The notes under the pieces: generated by a model | What the model was told of the DNA's origin: nothing | Seen by the model: only the letters and a program-made list of their open reading frames with translations | The model's database searches: none | Shown here: positions 60,111-64,000 of the stretch, in pieces | Numbering within the stretch: position 1 is the stretch's first letter | Layout of the letters: every line of letters starts with the position of its first letter | Position numbers and translations under genes: made by a program | Assembly: GCA_963708135.1 (NCBI GenBank) | Contig: OY970192.1 | Span: forward strand, 3,712,001-3,776,000 | Direction: 5' to 3' | DNA from: an uncultured Gemmatimonadales bacterium | GTDB lineage: Bacteria; Gemmatimonadota; Gemmatimonadetes; Longimicrobiales; RSA9 | DNA length: 64,000 nt

Positions 60111-60908
60111 ATGTTTCGAACGAAGGCCGCAGTTGCCACCGCCGTTCTGATGACCGTGCTGTGCGGGTGCGCGAACGAGACGCCGGTGGTGGACGTCTCG
60201 GGCGACTGCGCCGACGTGTTCCAGGGCCAGACGTGCACGTGGGCGAAGGTACAGGGCCAGACGGTGATGGAGGTGGGCGCGGTGGTGCCGATCGCGAGCA
60301 TCGAGAACGCCCCTGCGACGGACGACGACATGTCGTGGCCGCCCCACCCGGCGGCGGTGCTGAACATCCCTGCGTCGGTACAGCAGGGGAGCGGGCTGAC
60401 GCAGTTCACGATGTACTGGGAGGCGGGCGGCCATCCGCCGGCGGCGTACATGAAGCCGCACTTCGACTTCCACTTCTACACGGTTCCCCAGGAGGAGCGC
60501 GCGGCGATCGACTGCAAGGACGTCTCGAAGCCGGCGGCCCTGCCGACGGGCTACGTGCTGGCGGACGTGCCGCTCCCGCCCGAGATGGCGAAGATGATCG
60601 GCACGGACACGCTGTTCGGGATCTGCGTGCCGCAGATGGGGATGCACGCGCTGCCGGCGGCGGAGGTGGATGGCTCGCAGCCGTTCAGCGGGGACATGGT
60701 GGTGGGCTACTGGCAGGGCAAGCCGATCTTCATCGAGCCAATGATCACGAAGGAGATGCTGATGGCGAAGCGCTCCTTCGAGCTGCGGATCCCGGCGGTG
60801 CCGGGGCTGGACGGCCCGCACCCGACGCACTTCCAGGCGGTGTGGGACGACGCGAGCCAGTCATACCGGTTCACCTTCTCCGGCTTCACCGGAGCGAGCG
60901 CGGCGTGA
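60111..60908 (+). CDS. His-motif lipoprotein (DUF5602/TTHB210-like)
   Basis: GGAGG RBS; lipobox LCGC; GHPP..Y..PHFDFHFY; VPQMGMH; FIEPMIT. Confidence 0.75.
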   Translation: MFRTKAAVATAVLMTVLCGCANETPVVDVSGDCADVFQGQTCTWAKVQGQTVMEVGAVVPIASIENAPATDDDMSWPPHPAAVLNIPASVQQGSGLTQFTMYWEAGGHPPAAYMKPHFDFHFYTVPQEERAAIDCKDVSKPAALPTGYVLADVPLPPEMAKMIGTDTLFGICVPQMGMHALPAAEVDGSQPFSGDMVVGYWQGKPIFIEPMITKEMLMAKRSFELRIPAVPGLDGPHPTHFQAVWDDASQSYRFTFSGFTGASAA

Positions 60909-61135
60909 GCATGCGTGGGGCGACCGGCCCGGATCGGGGCCGGCCGCCCCACCTCTTCCGCGTCCCACCCCCGCCGCACGTCACATCTTGAGGTCCATGC
61001 CCACGGTCAGGCCGGAAGCGCCGGGGGGCTCGCCGGACCGGCGGGCCCCCCATTGCCATTCGCGCCGGCGCGGGCGCATCTTGGCCCCTCGACCACGTTC
61101 CCTGTGATCGCTCCCCGCTGGAACCGGCGGCTGAC

Positions 61136-62647
61136 GTGACCGAACCCCTCCCGATGGAAGCTGCCCCCGAGGCGGCGCCCGCTGCCGCGACGGCGGAGGC
61201 TGCGCTTGCCCTGCCGAGCGCCGCCGCGGCCGCCGGCGCCACCGCACCCGCCGCCGTGCGTCGCTCGCGGTACGACCGCTCGCTCGTCGAGGGGCCGCTC
61301 CTGCCGGCGGTGTGGGCGCTGGCCTGGCCGACCATGCTGCAGAACATGATCGGCGGTCTGCAGGGGATCGTCGACCACGTGATGGTGGGACACTACGTCG
61401 GCTACACGGGCAACGCCGCGATCGGCGTGAGCTGGCAGATCTTTCTCGTGGTCATCGTCTTCATCTCCTCGCTGTTCACGGGGATGAGCGTGCTGGTGGC
61501 GCGCTTCGCCGGCGCGGGCGAGCACGAGAAGGTGGACCGCACGGTCTACCAGGCGTTCATCACGGCGACGGGGCTCTCGCTCCTCGTGCTCGCGCCGACC
61601 GGCTACTTCCTCGCCCCGAAGCTGCTCGACCTGGTGAACGCCGCGCCCGCCGTGCAGGCGCAGGCGCTCCCCTACCTGCGCATCATGTTCGTCTTCAGCG
61701 GCGGCATGATGGTCTTCTTCATGCTCGGCGGCGCGCTGCGCTCGGCCGGCGATGCGCGCACGCCGCTGCGCCTGGGGGTCGTGGTCACGGGGCTCAACGT
61801 GGTGCTGAACGTGATCCTGATCCGCGGCCTCGGCCCGATCCCGGCCTTCGGCACCGCGGGCGCAGCCATGGGCACGGTGACGGCGACGGGGAGCGTCGCC
61901 TTCTACGCCCTCTGGCGGCTCGTGCGCGGCGGCTGGGTGGTCTCGTTCCCGCGCGGCGGCCCGTGGCGGCCGGACCGCGGCATCATCCGCGAGCTGTTCC
62001 GCTTCGGGCTGCCGACGGGAATCCAGGGGATCGCCATGAACGTGGGCGGCGTGCTGCTGCTCTCCTTCGTCGGCTCGCTGGCCCAGAGCGCGGCCGCGCA
62101 GGCCGTCTACGCCGTCTCCTACACGCAGCTCTTCAGCTTCATCACGTGGACCTCGATCGGGCTCATGGGCGCCGCCGCGGCCGTGGCCGGGCAGAGCCTC
62201 GGGGCCGGGCTCCCCGACCGCTCCGACGCCGCCGTCCACGTGGCCGCCCGCATCGCCATCGGCACGGCCACGGTCGTGGGCCTGCTGTTCCTGCTGATCC
62301 CGCGCCAGCTGCTCGGCCTCTTCGGCCTGCACGAGCCGGCCGTCCTCCAGCTCGGCGTCCAGCTCCTCCACGTGCTCAGCATCTCCGGCCTCTTCATCGC
62401 CGTGGCGCTCACCTACACCGGCGGGCTCCAGGGCACCGGCGACACCAAGGGCCCGCTCTACATCTCGATCGTCTCGCAGCTCGTCCTGCCGCTCGGGCTC
62501 TGCTTCGTGCTCCAGCAGACGCGCGGGCTGCACCCGCTCGATATCTGGCTCGCCATCCTGCTCGGCCACATCACGCGCTGCACTCTCAGCGTGCTGCGCT
62601 TCCGCCAGGGCCGGTGGCGGACCATCGCGGTCCACATCGGCTCGTGA
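61136..62647 (+). CDS. MATE family efflux transporter
   Basis: LAWP, VDHVMVG, RSAGDARTP, GTAGAA, GLP, QGTGDTKGP; about 12 TM segments. Confidence 0.93.
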   Translation: MTEPLPMEAAPEAAPAAATAEAALALPSAAAAAGATAPAAVRRSRYDRSLVEGPLLPAVWALAWPTMLQNMIGGLQGIVDHVMVGHYVGYTGNAAIGVSWQIFLVVIVFISSLFTGMSVLVARFAGAGEHEKVDRTVYQAFITATGLSLLVLAPTGYFLAPKLLDLVNAAPAVQAQALPYLRIMFVFSGGMMVFFMLGGALRSAGDARTPLRLGVVVTGLNVVLNVILIRGLGPIPAFGTAGAAMGTVTATGSVAFYALWRLVRGGWVVSFPRGGPWRPDRGIIRELFRFGLPTGIQGIAMNVGGVLLLSFVGSLAQSAAAQAVYAVSYTQLFSFITWTSIGLMGAAAAVAGQSLGAGLPDRSDAAVHVAARIAIGTATVVGLLFLLIPRQLLGLFGLHEPAVLQLGVQLLHVLSISGLFIAVALTYTGGLQGTGDTKGPLYISIVSQLVLPLGLCFVLQQTRGLHPLDIWLAILLGHITRCTLSVLRFRQGRWRTIAVHIGS

Positions 62648-64000
62648 GGCCCACACCCCATCGAGGGGGCGGCCGCCCCACCCGTGCGGCGCACCGCGCC
62701 CGCTCCACGCCTCCGGCGCCGCTTCTCCTCGCGGCGACGCCGCGCCCCGCCTCGCCACCGGCGCAGGCCCCGCCTGTGGCGACATTTCCTGTTGCGGCGA
62801 CCCCCCGTGCCGCCTCGCCCTCGTGGGCCGCATCCCTCGTGGTGCTCGCCTCTCTCGCCTGCCTGGCCGGCTGCGGCGGCCGCACGGCGGCGACGGGGCC
62901 GGCGCCGAGTCGCGCCGCTGCGCCGGCGCGCGCCGCGGCGGCGGACACCGGCATGGCGGCGGCCGCCGCCCCGGCCGCGAGAGTGCCCGCGACGCCGGCC
63001 GACACCGGGCGGGCGCGGATGGACGCGTTCGTCGATTCGCTGCTCGCGCGCATGACGCTCGAGGAGAAGGTCGGGCAGCTCACGCAGCTCCCCGGAAGCG
63101 GCACGGTGACGGGGCCCGCCGGACCGACCGGCGGGGCGGCGGCGGTGCGGGCGGGGATGGTCGGCTCGTTCCTCGGGCTCTACGGCGTGGACTCCACGCG
63201 CGTGCTGCAGCGGCTCGCCGTGGAGGAGTCGCGGCTACGCATCCCGCTGCTCTTCGGCTTCGACGTCATCCACGGCTTCCGCACCATCTTCCCCGTCCCG
63301 CTGGCGGAGGCCGGCAGCTGGGACACGGCGGCCGTGCGGCGGTCCACGCGGACCGCGGCCGACGAGGCGACGGCGGCGGGCGTGCACTGGACGTTCGCGC
63401 CGATGGTGGACATCGCGCGCGACCCACGCTGGGGACGGATCGTGGAGGGCTCGGGCGAGGACCCATACCTGGGCTCGGCGATGGCGGTGGCGCGCGTGCA
63501 CGGCTTCCAGGGGACGGACCTGGCGGCGGACAGCACGCTCATGGCCACCGCCAAGCACTACGTCGCGTATGGCGCGGCGCAGGGCGGCCGCGACTACGAC
63601 GTCGCCGACATCTCGCGGCGCACGCTGCGGGAGGTCTACATGCCGCCGTTCCACGCGGCGGCGGACGCGGGGGTCGGCTCCGTGATGGCGTCCTTCAACG
63701 AGGTGAACGGCGTGCCGATGCACGCCAACGGCGCCCTGCTGGGCGGCGTGCTGCGGGACGCCTGGGGGTGGCGCGGCATGGTCGTGAGCGACTGGGCGGG
63801 GATCGAGGAGCTGATCGCGCACGGCGTGGCCGCCACGCCGGCGGACGCGGGGCGGCTGGCGCTCGAGGCCGGGGTGGACATGGACATGGTCGACGGCGTC
63901 TACGCGCGGGCGCTGCCGGGGCTGGTCCGGGCGGGGACGGTGCCGCCGGTCCGCGTGGACGAAGCCGTCCGGCGGGTGCTGCGCGCAAAGTACCGGCTCG
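62644..64000 (+). CDS. GH3 beta-glucosidase (BglX-like); partial, start uncertain (GTG 62644/62776)
   Basis: Manually read frame: LACLAGC lipobox, MTLEEKVGQL, FGFDVIHG, DIARDPRWGRIVEGSGEDP, KHY, VVSDW nucleophile motif; runs off the right edge. Confidence 0.9.
   Translation, partial: MRPTPHRGGGRPTRAAHRARSTPPAPLLLAATPRPASPPAQAPPVATFPVAATPRAASPSWAASLVVLASLACLAGCGGRTAATGPAPSRAAAPARAAAADTGMAAAAAPAARVPATPADTGRARMDAFVDSLLARMTLEEKVGQLTQLPGSGTVTGPAGPTGGAAAVRAGMVGSFLGLYGVDSTRVLQRLAVEESRLRIPLLFGFDVIHGFRTIFPVPLAEAGSWDTAAVRRSTRTAADEATAAGVHWTFAPMVDIARDPRWGRIVEGSGEDPYLGSAMAVARVHGFQGTDLAADSTLMATAKHYVAYGAAQGGRDYDVADISRRTLREVYMPPFHAAADAGVGSVMASFNEVNGVPMHANGALLGGVLRDAWGWRGMVVSDWAGIEELIAHGVAATPADAGRLALEAGVDMDMVDGVYARALPGLVRAGTVPPVRVDEAVRRVLRAKYRL

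Overview
Very GC-rich bacterial chromosomal window. The gene repertoire (SusC/SusD pair, ADOP-type permease, ECF sigma + Ser/Thr kinase pair, many lipoproteins) suggests Gemmatimonadota or a similar lineage; this is an inference. Left to right: a partial Zn-metalloprotease divergent from a SusC/SusD/plug-protein/serine-hydrolase cluster; YceI; a peroxiredoxin-like gene split by an in-frame TGA with a SECIS-like hairpin (probable selenoprotein, missed by the ORF track); M1 aminopeptidase; a TonB receptor; a ~13 kb K+ cluster (OM barrel, small peptide, kdpFABCD | kdpE, short KdpD-like kinase, KimA-like permease); a head-to-head deletion scar (MarR and oxidoreductase remnants); adenosine deaminase; Fpg; CocE hydrolase; CBS protein; ADOP permease; orphan binding protein; a surface lipoprotein with a divergent ECF/kinase pair; a VPS10-type protein; a XamI-like R-M pair; a csp gene with a terminator-like leader hairpin; TetR; MATE; and a partial GH3. 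The most unusual non-coding signals are two dispersed intergenic repeat families and a pair of inverted ~15-bp tandem arrays at 32.4-32.9 kb. I recognised no rRNA, tRNA, transposase or CRISPR array. All calls are by eye, without database searches.
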